NCBI GenBank assembly: GCA_964461415.1
Contig: CAYWUE010000001.1
Location: forward strand, 13,841-77,840
Source: an uncultured Eubacterium sp.
GTDB lineage: Bacteria; Bacillota; Clostridia; Lachnospirales; Lachnospiraceae
Reading direction: 5' to 3'
Length of the DNA stretch: 64,000 bases
Below are positions 10,243-21,001 of this stretch, in pieces (position 1 is the first letter of the stretch; every line of letters begins with the position of its first letter). The notes beneath the pieces are model-generated. The model was given only the letters and a program-made list of their open reading frames with translations. It was not told where the DNA came from and made no database searches. The position numbers and the translations under genes were made by a program.

Positions 10243-10295
10243 TTGCACTAATAATTGTGCTAGACGAAATAGTACAATTTGAGACGTAAAGGAAA

Positions 10296-10961
10296 ATGCA
10301 TATGGAAAAAATTTATAAAATATTGCCTAAATATGCATTCCTGCCAATCGCATGCTGTTTGGTATTAAATGGAATGACATATTTTGGAAGCCGATTGTTT
10401 ACAACAGATATGTATCATTATAACATAAGCACAACATTAGATGGAATGCTTCCTCTTGTGACGCCTATGTCTATTGTGTATGTTTTTGCATATGTTACAT
10501 GGGCTTTAGGTTTTATAATAGTAGGAAGAGAGAGCAGACAGCTTTGTTATGAAGTGTGCGCGGCAGAGATGGTTGCAAAAATAATATGCCTGGTATGTTT
10601 TGTGTTTTTTCCAACAACACTTGTAAGACCTGAGATTACTGGTACAGGAATTTGTGATAGTCTTACGGTATTTATATATAAAATTGATGCAGCAGATAAT
10701 CTTTTTCCATCTATACATTGTTTAGAAAGCTGGATATTATTTTGTGGTATAATGAAATGCAGGAAACGGGGCAAGGCAATAAAAATTTTTATGTTTGTTT
10801 CAGCCATACTTGTTTTTGCCTCAACAGTGCTTATTAAGCAGCATGTGGTTTTAGATATAGCGGGTGGAATTTTTGCTGTTCATATTGGATTATGGATTTC
10901 GAAAAAATTCAAATTAAAAAGAATTTTTGAAACAATTGAGAGTAAGTTTAACAAAAGATAA
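10296..10961 (+). CDS. PAP2-superfamily membrane phosphatase/phosphotransferase (Aur1/Ipt1-like)
   Basis: About 6 TM helices; VRP, NLFPSIH and KQHVVLD motifs. Confidence 0.75.
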   Translation: MHMEKIYKILPKYAFLPIACCLVLNGMTYFGSRLFTTDMYHYNISTTLDGMLPLVTPMSIVYVFAYVTWALGFIIVGRESRQLCYEVCAAEMVAKIICLVCFVFFPTTLVRPEITGTGICDSLTVFIYKIDAADNLFPSIHCLESWILFCGIMKCRKRGKAIKIFMFVSAILVFASTVLIKQHVVLDIAGGIFAVHIGLWISKKFKLKRIFETIESKFNKR

Positions 10962-10997
10962 AGTGTTATATTAGAGTAGAAAGGCTTAGGATGTAAA

Positions 10998-12044
10998 ATG
11001 AAAAATAATATAAAACAAATTTTATGGTCCTGCATATTGATATTATTGATTGTTCTAACTGTTGTAATTGTCATAAAGCAAAATGAATCATTTTCATTTG
11101 ATGGGTTTATAAAATATATAGCAGGGGCAAATGTCTGGTGGATAATGTTGGCATTTATAGCCATGGCAGGATTTATTATATTTGAAGGACTGGCTATTTT
11201 AGAATTATGTAAGGCTTTTGGATACAAAGTAAAGAAAAGACGAAGCCTTGTTTATTCGGCAATGGATATTTATTTTTCGGCAATTACGCCTTCTGCAACA
11301 GGAGGCCAGCCGGCATCTGCCATGTGTATGATGCAGGATAAAATACCAGGGGCAGTAACTACTATTGTGTTATTACTAAACTTGACCTTGTATACCATTG
11401 CAATTATAGTTATAGGAGTAATTTGTTTTACTTTTAATCTAAAAGGGTTTATGCATTTTAGTATTATTTCGCAGTATATGATAATTATAGGATGTATTGT
11501 CCAATTTGTATTACTGACTGTATTTTTGCTCTTAGTATACAAAGAAAAAATCATAACAAAAATAGCAGATGTAGGAGTGAAGATACTTCATAGACTTCAC
11601 TTGATAAAAAATATTGAAAAAAAGCAGGCGCATCTTGTGGAAGTAGAAAAACAATATAAAGAATGTGCAACTGCAATAAAAAACAATAAGGCAACAGTCT
11701 TTAAGGCGTTTATTTTCAATCTTATACAGAGAGTTTCGCTTATTATGGTGTCAGTTTGTATTTATATGTCGGTTGAAGGGAAGGTTTATAATATTATAAA
11801 AGTGTTTACAATACAGGGGTATGTTGTGCTTGGATCTAACAGCATTCCGATTCCAGGAGCAGTTGGAGCAGCGGATTATCTGTTCATCGATGGATTTGGA
11901 AGTCTGGTAAAGGATACTGTAAGTATAGAATTGTTAAGCAGGGGAATTTCTTTTTATTGTTGCATTATAATTTGTGGTATAATTAGTCTTCTTGTATATT
12001 CTATAAAGGCGTGGAAAGGGATTAGGCAAAAGAAAAAATGTTAG
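10998..12044 (+). CDS. Lysylphosphatidylglycerol-synthase TM (flippase-like, UPF0104) protein
   Basis: FSAITPSATGGQP and PIPGAVGAAD motifs; multiple TMs; no aminoacyl-transferase domain. Confidence 0.85.
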   Translation: MKNNIKQILWSCILILLIVLTVVIVIKQNESFSFDGFIKYIAGANVWWIMLAFIAMAGFIIFEGLAILELCKAFGYKVKKRRSLVYSAMDIYFSAITPSATGGQPASAMCMMQDKIPGAVTTIVLLLNLTLYTIAIIVIGVICFTFNLKGFMHFSIISQYMIIIGCIVQFVLLTVFLLLVYKEKIITKIADVGVKILHRLHLIKNIEKKQAHLVEVEKQYKECATAIKNNKATVFKAFIFNLIQRVSLIMVSVCIYMSVEGKVYNIIKVFTIQGYVVLGSNSIPIPGAVGAADYLFIDGFGSLVKDTVSIELLSRGISFYCCIIICGIISLLVYSIKAWKGIRQKKKC

Positions 12045-12742
12045 GTTTTTATGATTATACTGTTATACTGACTTATTGTTCAGTTATTTCAGCAGTAATA
12101 GGTATTTATATTTCATTTAGTGGAACAGGACATCCGTATATAGCAGTAATGTTGCTATTATTATGCGGATTGTTTGACACATTTGATGGAAGAGTAGCAC
12201 GTTCAAAAAAGAATAGAACAGAAAAAGAAAAAGCATTTGGAGTACAGATTGATTCTCTGTCTGACTTGGTGGCATTTGGTGTGTTGCCGGCATGCATAGG
12301 AATGTCATTATATAATAATGATAAATTTGCATATGAAAAACTGGGAGCGCAAAGTATTTTGGCTCATATTCCTTACATTGTTATAATTATGATAGGAGCT
12401 CTTTTTGTATTATGTGCACTTATAAGACTTGCATATTTTAATATAACAGTGGAGGAAACTCAGGGCGACAGTGTTGGAGATAAAAAATATTATTTTGGAC
12501 TTCCTGTTACATCTACAGCATTAATATTTCCAACATTTATGCTGGCAAGACATATATTGTTAATCAACTGTCAGATAAATATTTCTTACATATACTATAT
12601 ACTGATGATTATTGTTGCGTTCTTATATATTCTTAAATTTAAACTTAAGAAGCCGGGAACATTAATGATTTATTTAATGGTTGCTTTTGGCGCTTTAGAG
12701 TTTGTGGGAGTAATATTGATTAGGATCTTTTTTAAACATTAA
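12038..12742 (+). CDS. pssA: CDP-alcohol phosphatidyltransferase, probable phosphatidylserine synthase
   Basis: DTFDGRVAR...FGVQIDSLSDLVAFGV signature; RLAYFN; FGLPVT; adjacent to psd. Confidence 0.85.
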   Translation: MLGFYDYTVILTYCSVISAVIGIYISFSGTGHPYIAVMLLLLCGLFDTFDGRVARSKKNRTEKEKAFGVQIDSLSDLVAFGVLPACIGMSLYNNDKFAYEKLGAQSILAHIPYIVIIMIGALFVLCALIRLAYFNITVEETQGDSVGDKKYYFGLPVTSTALIFPTFMLARHILLINCQINISYIYYILMIIVAFLYILKFKLKKPGTLMIYLMVAFGALEFVGVILIRIFFKH

Positions 12743-12820
12743 CAAGAAAATTAGGATTATTGTAAGAAAGAGAGTTTATAATTGTGCTGACGGAATAAAC
12801 TGTCAGAATGGAGATTCATA

Positions 12821-13672
12821 ATGAAGGAATTAAATAATAAAGAAAATTCCAAAATTCTAAGATTTTTATATAATACAGTGCCGGGAAGAATGGCATTAAA
12901 GATTATTACAAGCCCCACCATCTCAAAAATTGGCGGGGCTTATATGAATTTAGGGATTTCTAAAATACATATAAATGGATTTATAAAAAATAATAATATT
13001 GATATGAAGCAATATGAAGAAACAGAATATAAATGCTTTAATGATTGCTTTACAAGAAAAATAAAATCACAGATGCGTCCTGTAGATATGGAGAATGCAG
13101 CATTTGTGTCTCCTTGTGATGCCAGGTTATCAGCATATCACATATCAGAAAATTCAGAGTTTTATATCAAGAAAAGTCATTATACAATAGCTGATTTGAC
13201 AAAAGATAGTAAAATGTCACCGGATTTTAAAAATGGTATATGTCTTGTGTTCAGATTATGTGTAGATGATTATCATCGATATGGCTATGTGGATAATGGA
13301 GAGATTATTGAAAATCAATATATTAAGGGAAAATTACATACAGTAAGACCTATAGCGTGTGAGCGTTATCCGGTATTTGTACAAAATAGTAGGGAATATT
13401 CAATTATAAAAACAGATAATTTTAAAACTATAGCCCAGATTGAGGTGGGAGCACTTATGATAGGAAAGATTAAAAATCATCAAAAATCAGGCTTTGTTGA
13501 AAAAGGAAAAGAAAAAGGAATGTTTTTATATGGAGGTTCAACAATTGTTATACTGCTTCAGGAGAACAGTGTTAACATAAACCGGAAGTATTTTGAAAAT
13601 ACCAAAAAGGATATTGAGACAAAGGTTAAATATGGTCAAAGAATTGGTAACAGAATTAATCGGAGTGAATAG
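12821..13672 (+). CDS. psd: Phosphatidylserine decarboxylase
   Basis: FNDCFTRK, SPCDA, DYHRY and GGST autocleavage motif. Confidence 0.92.
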   Translation: MKELNNKENSKILRFLYNTVPGRMALKIITSPTISKIGGAYMNLGISKIHINGFIKNNNIDMKQYEETEYKCFNDCFTRKIKSQMRPVDMENAAFVSPCDARLSAYHISENSEFYIKKSHYTIADLTKDSKMSPDFKNGICLVFRLCVDDYHRYGYVDNGEIIENQYIKGKLHTVRPIACERYPVFVQNSREYSIIKTDNFKTIAQIEVGALMIGKIKNHQKSGFVEKGKEKGMFLYGGSTIVILLQENSVNINRKYFENTKKDIETKVKYGQRIGNRINRSE

Positions 13673-13699
13673 TTATGCATTTTTTTGTGATTTTATTCA
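13666..13699 (+). promoter_or_regulatory. Tandem ARG boxes (ArgR operator)
   Basis: TGAATAGTTATGCA and a weaker TGTGATTTTATTCA start 20 bp apart, just upstream of TTGACA(13706)-17-TAATAT. Confidence 0.6.
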
Positions 13700-13828
13700 T
13701 TCGTATTGACATTAGATATTTTGTGGTTTAATATTTACTAAGACTATGCAATTTTTTTGACGCATAATACAAATCTGGCAAAAATACAATTTTTGCTGAC
13801 AAAATTTTACGAAATAAGGAGAAAAATT

Positions 13829-14671
13829 ATGAAGAAGTTTTTAGCAGTAGTTATGGCAGCTGTTCTTGCTATGTCTTTGATGACAGCATGCGGTTCAGAC
13901 AAGAAAGAAGAAACAAAAAATGACACAAATAATGAAACAACAGTGGCAGAAGCAATTGATATTGCAGGAGCAACATTGATTTCTGATGGGGTTCTCACAG
14001 TTGGAGCTGAAATGGGTTATGCACCATTTGAAACATTACAGAAAGACGGAAAGACACCAGAGGGATTTGATATTGATATTATCACAGAAATCGCTAAGAG
14101 ATTAGGTCTTGAAGTAAACTTTATCAACACATCATTTGACGGTATTTTGGGAAAAATCGGAAAAGATTATGATGTTGTTTGTTCAGCAGTAACAATTAAT
14201 CCTGAAAGAAAAGAAGCAGTTCTTTTCTCAACACCTTATATTACTAACTACCAGACAGTAGTAGTAAAGAAAGGCAGTGACTTAAAGATTAACAGCTTAA
14301 ACGACCTTGATGGAAAATCAGTTGGTGTTCAAAAAGGTACAACATCTGACCAGCTTATGTCAGAATATAAATCAACAAAGACAATTAATGTTGAAGTTGC
14401 AGCAAATGACAAATTATTAAACTGCTTTACACAGTTGACAAACGGTGAAATTGATGCAGTTGTAGTTGATAGTACAGTAGCAGACGGTTTTGTTGCTAAG
14501 AATCCTGATAAGTATGAAAAGGCATTCTCAGACACAACAGAACCTGAAGAATTCGGTATCGCAATTGGAAAAGACAATCAAAAACTTCAGGAAGCTATTA
14601 ACAAGGCTTTAGCTGATATGGAAGCTGATGGATTCCTTAAAGATACAGCAGCATACTGGTTCTCAGAATAA
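13829..14671 (+). CDS. Polar amino-acid ABC transporter substrate-binding lipoprotein (probably arginine)
   Basis: Lipobox MTAC; YAPFE, GFDIDI and GVQKGTTS SBP family 3 motifs. Confidence 0.9.
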   Translation: MKKFLAVVMAAVLAMSLMTACGSDKKEETKNDTNNETTVAEAIDIAGATLISDGVLTVGAEMGYAPFETLQKDGKTPEGFDIDIITEIAKRLGLEVNFINTSFDGILGKIGKDYDVVCSAVTINPERKEAVLFSTPYITNYQTVVVKKGSDLKINSLNDLDGKSVGVQKGTTSDQLMSEYKSTKTINVEVAANDKLLNCFTQLTNGEIDAVVVDSTVADGFVAKNPDKYEKAFSDTTEPEEFGIAIGKDNQKLQEAINKALADMEADGFLKDTAAYWFSE

Positions 14672-14692
14672 TCAGGATAGAAAAAGGTATTT

Positions 14693-15733
14693 ATGAACAC
14701 TTTAAAGAGAATTATAAACGTTAAAAATTGGAAAAAGAAAACAAAGATTACTGTTTGTATCGCTATTTTAGTAGTAATTGCAGCAGTTGTTTTGTCTGCA
14801 ATAAAGCCAAGTGAGACCGATATGGTCAGCCAGGCATCAACACAGATGCAGGAAATGATTAAGAAGGATGAAACACTGACAAGAAAAAGAGTTTCAGCAG
14901 TATATAACAGTCTTGGAATCATTAACTATTCTGCATTTTCAACATCAGGTGCAACCGAACTAAGTGAAAAGTTTATTGGTTTTGCCGGAAAGATTTATAA
15001 GGCGGACAGCGGATTTGCAGGCTTTGTAGGAAAAATGGTAAATTATACATATAGAATGCTAGGCTGTGGAGAGAATATGCTTCATGGCGCGAAACTTACT
15101 ATTTCTCTTACAACATTTACAGTAATATTAGGCGTAATACTTGGTGTATTTTTAGCTCTAGGAAAGATTTCTAAAAATAAAATTATTAATAAGCTTGCAA
15201 GTGCTTATGTGTTTTTCTTCAGAGGTACACCACTTCTTATACAGTTATTTGTAGTATATTTTACTGCACCTGGAATTTTCGGATTTGCATGGAGAGATTT
15301 CTTTTCGGCATCTGATGCAGACGGAGTTTATAAGGGGGCATTTATTGCTGCACTTATTGCTTTTGCATTGAATTCAGGAGCATACTGTGCTGAAATTGTA
15401 AGAGCGGCTATTCAGTCTATAGATAAGGGACAGTATGAGGCAGCTAAAGCATTGGGAATGAATTACAGTCAGACAATGTCATTAGTTATTATTCCGCAGT
15501 CTATCAGAAGAATGCTTCCTGCCGTTTCGAATGAGTTTATTATGGTTTTGAAAGATGCATCTTTGGTATTTGCTATTTCGCTTATGGATATAACTACAAT
15601 ATCAAACAGCATTATGAACAGTGATGGTTCTTATATTGTATTTATTCCTGCTTTGATTATTTACTTAATAATTACAGCATTTTTCACTTATATATTTAAC
15701 AAAATTGAGAAAAAATTCTCGATTTATGAATAG
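14693..15733 (+). CDS. Polar amino-acid ABC transporter permease with N-terminal extension
   Basis: RGTPLLIQL and EAA loop ([24 protein letters not shown]). Confidence 0.9.
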   Translation: MNTLKRIINVKNWKKKTKITVCIAILVVIAAVVLSAIKPSETDMVSQASTQMQEMIKKDETLTRKRVSAVYNSLGIINYSAFSTSGATELSEKFIGFAGKIYKADSGFAGFVGKMVNYTYRMLGCGENMLHGAKLTISLTTFTVILGVILGVFLALGKISKNKIINKLASAYVFFFRGTPLLIQLFVVYFTAPGIFGFAWRDFFSASDADGVYKGAFIAALIAFALNSGAYCAEIVRAAIQSIDKGQYEAAKALGMNYSQTMSLVIIPQSIRRMLPAVSNEFIMVLKDASLVFAISLMDITTISNSIMNSDGSYIVFIPALIIYLIITAFFTYIFNKIEKKFSIYE

Positions 15734-15744
15734 GAGGTGCGGTA

Positions 15745-16518
15745 ATGGAGAGTAAGTATATTTTAGAGACAGAGCATGTTAGCAAAAGTTTTGGTTCCTT
15801 AGAGGTGCTTAAGGATATTAATTTAAAAGTGAAAAAAGGAGAGGTTATATGTATTATCGGACCATCAGGTGCCGGCAAGTCAACTTATCTTCGCTCACTT
15901 AATCAGTTAGAAAAAATTACAAGTGGAAAAATATTTATTAAAGGGGATTTGTTCCTTCATAGAGAACACGACAAGACAGTAGAACGTATTTCTAAAGAAA
16001 AACAGAAAGAATTGTTGTTAGAAATGGGAATGTGTTTTCAGAGATTTAATTTATTTCCACATAAAACAGTTTTAGAAAATATAATGATTTCACCTATCAA
16101 GGTAAAAAATGTTGATAAGGAAACAGCAAAAAAGGAAGCATTGGAATTGCTTAAGAGTGTTGGATTAGAAGATAAGGCCGATGAGTATCCAAGCAGACTG
16201 TCAGGTGGACAGCAGCAAAGAGTTGCTATTGCAAGAGCACTTGCAATGAAACCGGAGATTATGCTTTTTGACGAACCTACATCTGCACTTGACCCTGAAT
16301 TAGTAGGGGATGTATTGCAGGTAATGAAAGACCTTGCAAAAGAGGGAATGACAATGTTATGTGTTACACATGAAATGGGATTTGCTAAGGAAGTTGCAGA
16401 CAGAGTTATCTTTATGGCAGATGGTATTATTGCTGAAGAAGGTACACCGGAAGAGGTTTTCAATAATCCGAAAAATCCAAGAACACAGAATTTCCTTAAA
16501 TCAATTTTAGAAGCATAG
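15745..16518 (+). CDS. Polar amino-acid ABC transporter ATPase (GlnQ family)
   Basis: [16 protein letters not shown] and [10 protein letters not shown] motifs. Confidence 0.93.
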   Translation: MESKYILETEHVSKSFGSLEVLKDINLKVKKGEVICIIGPSGAGKSTYLRSLNQLEKITSGKIFIKGDLFLHREHDKTVERISKEKQKELLLEMGMCFQRFNLFPHKTVLENIMISPIKVKNVDKETAKKEALELLKSVGLEDKADEYPSRLSGGQQQRVAIARALAMKPEIMLFDEPTSALDPELVGDVLQVMKDLAKEGMTMLCVTHEMGFAKEVADRVIFMADGIIAEEGTPEEVFNNPKNPRTQNFLKSILEA

Positions 16519-16527
16519 GAGAGAAAG

Positions 16528-17457
16528 ATGAGTTTAAAATTAAGAAATTCTCTTCTTTTGATATTGACAGCTTTTGTATGGGGAATCGCATTTGTAGTAC
16601 AAGGTTCAGGAGGAGACGCTCTTGGACCTTATACTTTTAATTGCCTTAGAACATTAGTAGGCGGCATAGTGTTACTGCCGGTTATAAAATTGCTAGACAA
16701 TGCAGGACTAACATATATGAAGCCTAAAACAAAAGAAGAAAAGAAGACTCTTTTAGCAGGCGGAATTGCTTGCGGAATAGCATTGTTTGTAGCTAGTAAT
16801 ATACAGCAATTGGGATTATATTTAGGAGCATCTGCAGGAAAAGCTGGATTTTTGACTGCGTGTTATATACTTATAGTACCGATTATAAGTATATTTTTTA
16901 AGAAAAAATGTGGATGGAATATCTGGCTTGGTGTGGGAATAACGCTGATAGGACTTTATTTGTTGTGCGTAAAAGGAAACTTTTCGCTTACGTTGGCTGA
17001 CATATTATTGCTATTATGTGCTGTTGCATTTGCAATACATATATTGGTAGTGGACTATTTTTCACCTTTGACAGATGGAGTCAGATTATCCTGTATACAA
17101 TTTTGGATTTGTGGTATATGTACATCAATACCGATGTTTTTTATCGATATGAATCATTCAGTAGAAGGAATCATGAAATGTGTTAACAACCTTTCATCTA
17201 TTCAGAACTGGATTTTGCTTTTATATGCTGGGGGAATGTCGTGTGGTGTGGCATACACATTACAGATAGTGGGACAAAAAGGTTTAAATCCGACTGTAGC
17301 ATCGCTTATAATGAGCTTAGAATCAGTATTTTCAGTGCTTGCAGGATGGATATTGCTTGGACAGACTATGTCAATTAGAGAAATATTGGGTTGCGTGTTT
17401 ATATTTATAGCAATAGTCATGGCACAGATACCTATAAAAAAGAAGGCGGTAACCTAG
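16528..17457 (+). CDS. DMT/EamA family transporter
   Basis: About 10 TMs; WGIAFVVQ; ASLIMSLESVF. Confidence 0.88.
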   Translation: MSLKLRNSLLLILTAFVWGIAFVVQGSGGDALGPYTFNCLRTLVGGIVLLPVIKLLDNAGLTYMKPKTKEEKKTLLAGGIACGIALFVASNIQQLGLYLGASAGKAGFLTACYILIVPIISIFFKKKCGWNIWLGVGITLIGLYLLCVKGNFSLTLADILLLLCAVAFAIHILVVDYFSPLTDGVRLSCIQFWICGICTSIPMFFIDMNHSVEGIMKCVNNLSSIQNWILLLYAGGMSCGVAYTLQIVGQKGLNPTVASLIMSLESVFSVLAGWILLGQTMSIREILGCVFIFIAIVMAQIPIKKKAVT

Positions 17458-17459
17458 TG

Positions 17460-18359
17460 TTACCACCAATTTTTTTTCTTAAAGAAAATGCTTAAAATTA
17501 TTATTATCAAAATGCTAATGCAAAATAGGGAAGGATAACTGTATTTCCAGTGCAATTCCTTCATATGGTCAAAGTTCATACCGTACCATCCTGTTAATAA
17601 TGTTAATGGCATAAAAATCGTAGTAACAATTGTTAATAACTTCATAATATTATTCTGATTCACAGACAGTTTTTGCTGATATACATCACGAATTTGTGAG
17701 GTGTATTCCCAGATTTGTTTTGATTCATCACTAAGCAGAGTAATATATTCAGTCAAATCGGATATAAGCTGTTGATTATGTTTACTAATAAAAGCATCAT
17801 TTTTTGAAAGAATACGACAAATGTCAAACAGAGTAACATAGTAATGATGGAGTTTTAGAGAGTTACCGCGAAATATTAGAATCTGATTGGCATTATAATT
17901 ATAATTAGAACTGTCAGTCAAAATATTAACCTCTAGAACTGAGAGATTCTGGCTAATGGAATTAAGAATTTCTAAATCTTCTTTTAGAATAAAATGGAGT
18001 ACATGATAAATAAAATCCTGAGAAGATTTAAGAGAACGAGCGTGTTGATTGAGTATTTCTGTAAGGATATCTTTTAAAAAATTACTGCAATCCACAAATA
18101 TAATGGATTTTTTGTTGTAGACAAAGCAAAATTTTCTTTTTTCACCGGAGAATACGGGGATTGATATACAACATAAAATAATATCGTCTTTAATTAGCAT
18201 CTTTGAAAAATAAAAATTTGACAAAATATGTTTGTAATCTGATAACTGATTTTTTATGTGAGGATAAACATCAAAGTCTTTTTGACTAATTAGCCCAACA
18301 TAATTTTCTTCGAATATAAAAAAATCGGTATAAGATTTAGATGTTATATTATAAAACAT
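17460..18359 (-). CDS. corA: CorA family divalent cation transporter
   Basis: LTIVTTIFMPLTLLTGWYGMNF..MKEL..YSYP; RBS GGAGG upstream of 18359. Confidence 0.88.
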   Translation of the reverse strand: MFYNITSKSYTDFFIFEENYVGLISQKDFDVYPHIKNQLSDYKHILSNFYFSKMLIKDDIILCCISIPVFSGEKRKFCFVYNKKSIIFVDCSNFLKDILTEILNQHARSLKSSQDFIYHVLHFILKEDLEILNSISQNLSVLEVNILTDSSNYNYNANQILIFRGNSLKLHHYYVTLFDICRILSKNDAFISKHNQQLISDLTEYITLLSDESKQIWEYTSQIRDVYQQKLSVNQNNIMKLLTIVTTIFMPLTLLTGWYGMNFDHMKELHWKYSYPSLFCISILIIIILSIFFKKKNWW

Positions 18360-18583
18360 ACTTCCTCCTGTTAGATTATTAGAAAAGACCTTTTGACACT
18401 GCATTTATATGATGTATAATGTATAAAAGTATGATTTTTATGTAATTTAAATTTTATATTACAAAAAATATTTCATAAATGATGTCTAGAAGAGAACTTA
18501 TAATGCAAATAGTGCAAGGTTTTTAGAAAAGATTATTATAAAAATATACTGATAAGATTTTAGTAAAAACATGGAGGTAAAAA

Positions 18584-19060
18584 ATGACAAAGGCAGAGCA
18601 ACTAGTGAGCATTTTGATTGAAAAAAATTATACAATTTCATTTGCGGAAAGCTGTACCGGAGGAAAAATGGTATCAGCTATAGTGGATGTGCCGGATGCT
18701 TCAAAGGTACTAAATGCCAGTGTTATAACATATGCTAATGAAGCGAAAATCCGATATGCGGGTGTAATGCCAAAAACACTTGAACAGTTTGGAGCTGTCA
18801 GTGAATATACTGCAAGAGAAATGGCGATAGGTGTGGCAAGGATAAACAAAGCACAGGTAGCAGTTGGAATATCAGGGATTGCCGGACCAGGTGGTGGAAC
18901 TACAGAAAAACCTGTTGGAACAGTATGCTTCGGATATTTTATAGACGGAACGGTATTTTCGCAGACGGTATATTTTGGAGATTTGGGTAGAAATAACGTG
19001 CGGGAGAAATGCGTTGAGCATGTATATGATGTGTTAATAGAAAAATTACAGGAAAATTAA
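18584..19060 (+). CDS. pncC: CinA C-terminal domain protein (NMN deamidase PncC)
   Basis: AESCTGG, GAVS and SGIAGPGGGTTEKPVGTV motifs. Confidence 0.85.
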   Translation: MTKAEQLVSILIEKNYTISFAESCTGGKMVSAIVDVPDASKVLNASVITYANEAKIRYAGVMPKTLEQFGAVSEYTAREMAIGVARINKAQVAVGISGIAGPGGGTTEKPVGTVCFGYFIDGTVFSQTVYFGDLGRNNVREKCVEHVYDVLIEKLQEN

Positions 19061-19234
19061 AAAATAAGTTGATAGATATTGTATAAGTAAATAATTTTTA
19101 GCTACATAAAAATTATAGACAGAAAATTATAGCAAGATAAAAAATGTAGAAGTATAATTATATTTATATAAAAATCGTAAAATGTATTACTATATAAGCA
19201 TTAAAAATAAATAGAAAATATAGGGAGTGAAATT

Positions 19235-20158
19235 ATGCCAATAAAAGTAAAACAGAATTTGCCGGCAAGGGACATTCTTGAAAATGAAAACATATTTGTG
19301 ATGACAGACACAAGAGCCATGACTCAGGACATTCGTCCGTTAAAGGTGTTAGTTCTTAATCTGATGCCAACAAAAATTGTTACGGAGACTCAGATTTTAA
19401 GAAAATTGTCAAATACTCCTCTTCAGATAGAAGTGGAATTTTTGCAGACAGCTACATATCAGTCGCAGCATACGGATAAGTCACATTTAAGTGAATTTTA
19501 TAAGACATTTGAGGATGTTAAAAAAGATTATTACGATGGACTTATTATAACCGGAGCACCTTTAGACTTTATTGACTATAAGGATGTAGACTATTGGGAA
19601 GAAATATGTACGATAATGGAGTGGTCAAAAAAACATGTACATTGTACATTCCATTTGTGCTGGGGAGCTTTTGCGGGACTTTATTATCACTATGGAATAA
19701 GAAAAAGAGACAGACTTCCAAAGCTTTCAGGAATTTATGAGCATAAGATTTTAAACAAGAAGTCACCTTTGTTCAGGGGCTTTGATGATGTATTTTATGC
19801 ACCGCAGTCAAGGGCAACAGAGGTAACTAGAGAACAGATATTAAGTGAGCCGGAGTTAGAACTTATGGCAGAATCCGATATTGCAGGTGTAACAATTGTA
19901 AAATCAAGGGACAGCAGACAGTTTTTTGTATTTTGTCATTCAGAATATGATGCGGATACATTGAAATTAGAATATGAAAGAGATGCTGCAAAGGGTATGA
20001 ATCCGGAAGTTCCATATAATTATTTTCCGGATGATGATCCTACGAAAGAACCTATAGTAAATTGGCGCTCTGCTGGAGAGCTGTTATGGACTAACTGGAT
20101 TAACTATTATGTTTACCAGACTACGCCGTATGATATAAAAGAGGTTGAAAACGAATAA
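19235..20158 (+). CDS. metA: MetA-family O-acyltransferase (homoserine O-acetyl/succinyltransferase family; specificity uncertain)
   Basis: NLMPTK, ITGAP, CWGA and HSEY motifs; C-terminal NWINYYVYQTTPY. Confidence 0.88.
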   Translation: MPIKVKQNLPARDILENENIFVMTDTRAMTQDIRPLKVLVLNLMPTKIVTETQILRKLSNTPLQIEVEFLQTATYQSQHTDKSHLSEFYKTFEDVKKDYYDGLIITGAPLDFIDYKDVDYWEEICTIMEWSKKHVHCTFHLCWGAFAGLYYHYGIRKRDRLPKLSGIYEHKILNKKSPLFRGFDDVFYAPQSRATEVTREQILSEPELELMAESDIAGVTIVKSRDSRQFFVFCHSEYDADTLKLEYERDAAKGMNPEVPYNYFPDDDPTKEPIVNWRSAGELLWTNWINYYVYQTTPYDIKEVENE

Positions 20159-20312
20159 AGCCTTAGCAACACTGAACAAGATGAATTAAAGAAAGATTGT
20201 TTATTCTGCCTATGACATTTTGAAAAAAATAAGAGTATAATCAAAACAGGTGGCTAAGGTCCTAAAAATTGACTTGATTTTGTTCGTTATAGTTTAAAAT
20301 AGAGGTGTTAAA

Positions 20313-20813
20313 ATGTTTAATAAGGGAGAATATATAGTTCATGGAAGAAAAGGTGTATGCAGGGTAGATGACATAACACATTTAGAAATTGATGGAGCAG
20401 ATAAGAATAAATTATATTATGTCTTAATTCCTATGAAAAATCAGGAAAGCAAGGTTTTTTATCCGACAGATAATGACAAAATTATAATGAGAACTGTTCT
20501 TACAAAGGAACAGGTGGAAGAAATTGTAGATCATATGGAGGATATAGAACCTATATGGATAGACAATGAAAAACAAAGGGAATTAAAATATAAGGAAGCT
20601 ATCAGCTCATGTGATTGTCGTCAACTTGTTGCCATTATAAAGACTTTATATAATAGAGGTAAAAGCAGACTTGAAAATGGAAAAAAGATAACTTTTGTAG
20701 ATGAAAGATATATGAAAGAAGCAAAGGATATCCTTTATGATGAGTTTGCAATAGCTCTTGATATGGAAAAAGAAAAAGTGGAACAGTATATTGCTGAAAA
20801 TATTAATAAATAA
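20313..20813 (+). CDS. carD: CarD family transcriptional regulator
   Basis: N-terminal FNKGEYIVHGRKGVCRVDDI CarD-RID motif. Confidence 0.8.
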   Translation: MFNKGEYIVHGRKGVCRVDDITHLEIDGADKNKLYYVLIPMKNQESKVFYPTDNDKIIMRTVLTKEQVEEIVDHMEDIEPIWIDNEKQRELKYKEAISSCDCRQLVAIIKTLYNRGKSRLENGKKITFVDERYMKEAKDILYDEFAIALDMEKEKVEQYIAENINK

Positions 20814-20836
20814 TAAAATATAAAAATTGAATTTTT

Positions 20837-20865
20837 AAGGCAGAGAGAGTTCTCTGTCTTTTTTT
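20837..20865 (+). terminator. Intrinsic terminator
   Basis: AAGGCAGAGA/TCTCTGTCTT followed by a T run. Confidence 0.75.
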
Positions 20866-21001
20866 ACTTGCCAAATACAGCGTGTGTGAATTATAATTAA
20901 ATGAATTATAAATTGATAAAAGTAACAAACGTGACGGGAGTTAAGATAAATTTCTTGAAATTAGTTCTTAGAAAAGGTCACTTTATAACAGGAGGTTAAA
21001 T

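Noticed and set aside
19060-19235. SAM riboswitch or T-box upstream of metA
   Set aside because: The region is very AT-rich and lacks the conserved S-box and T-box motifs.
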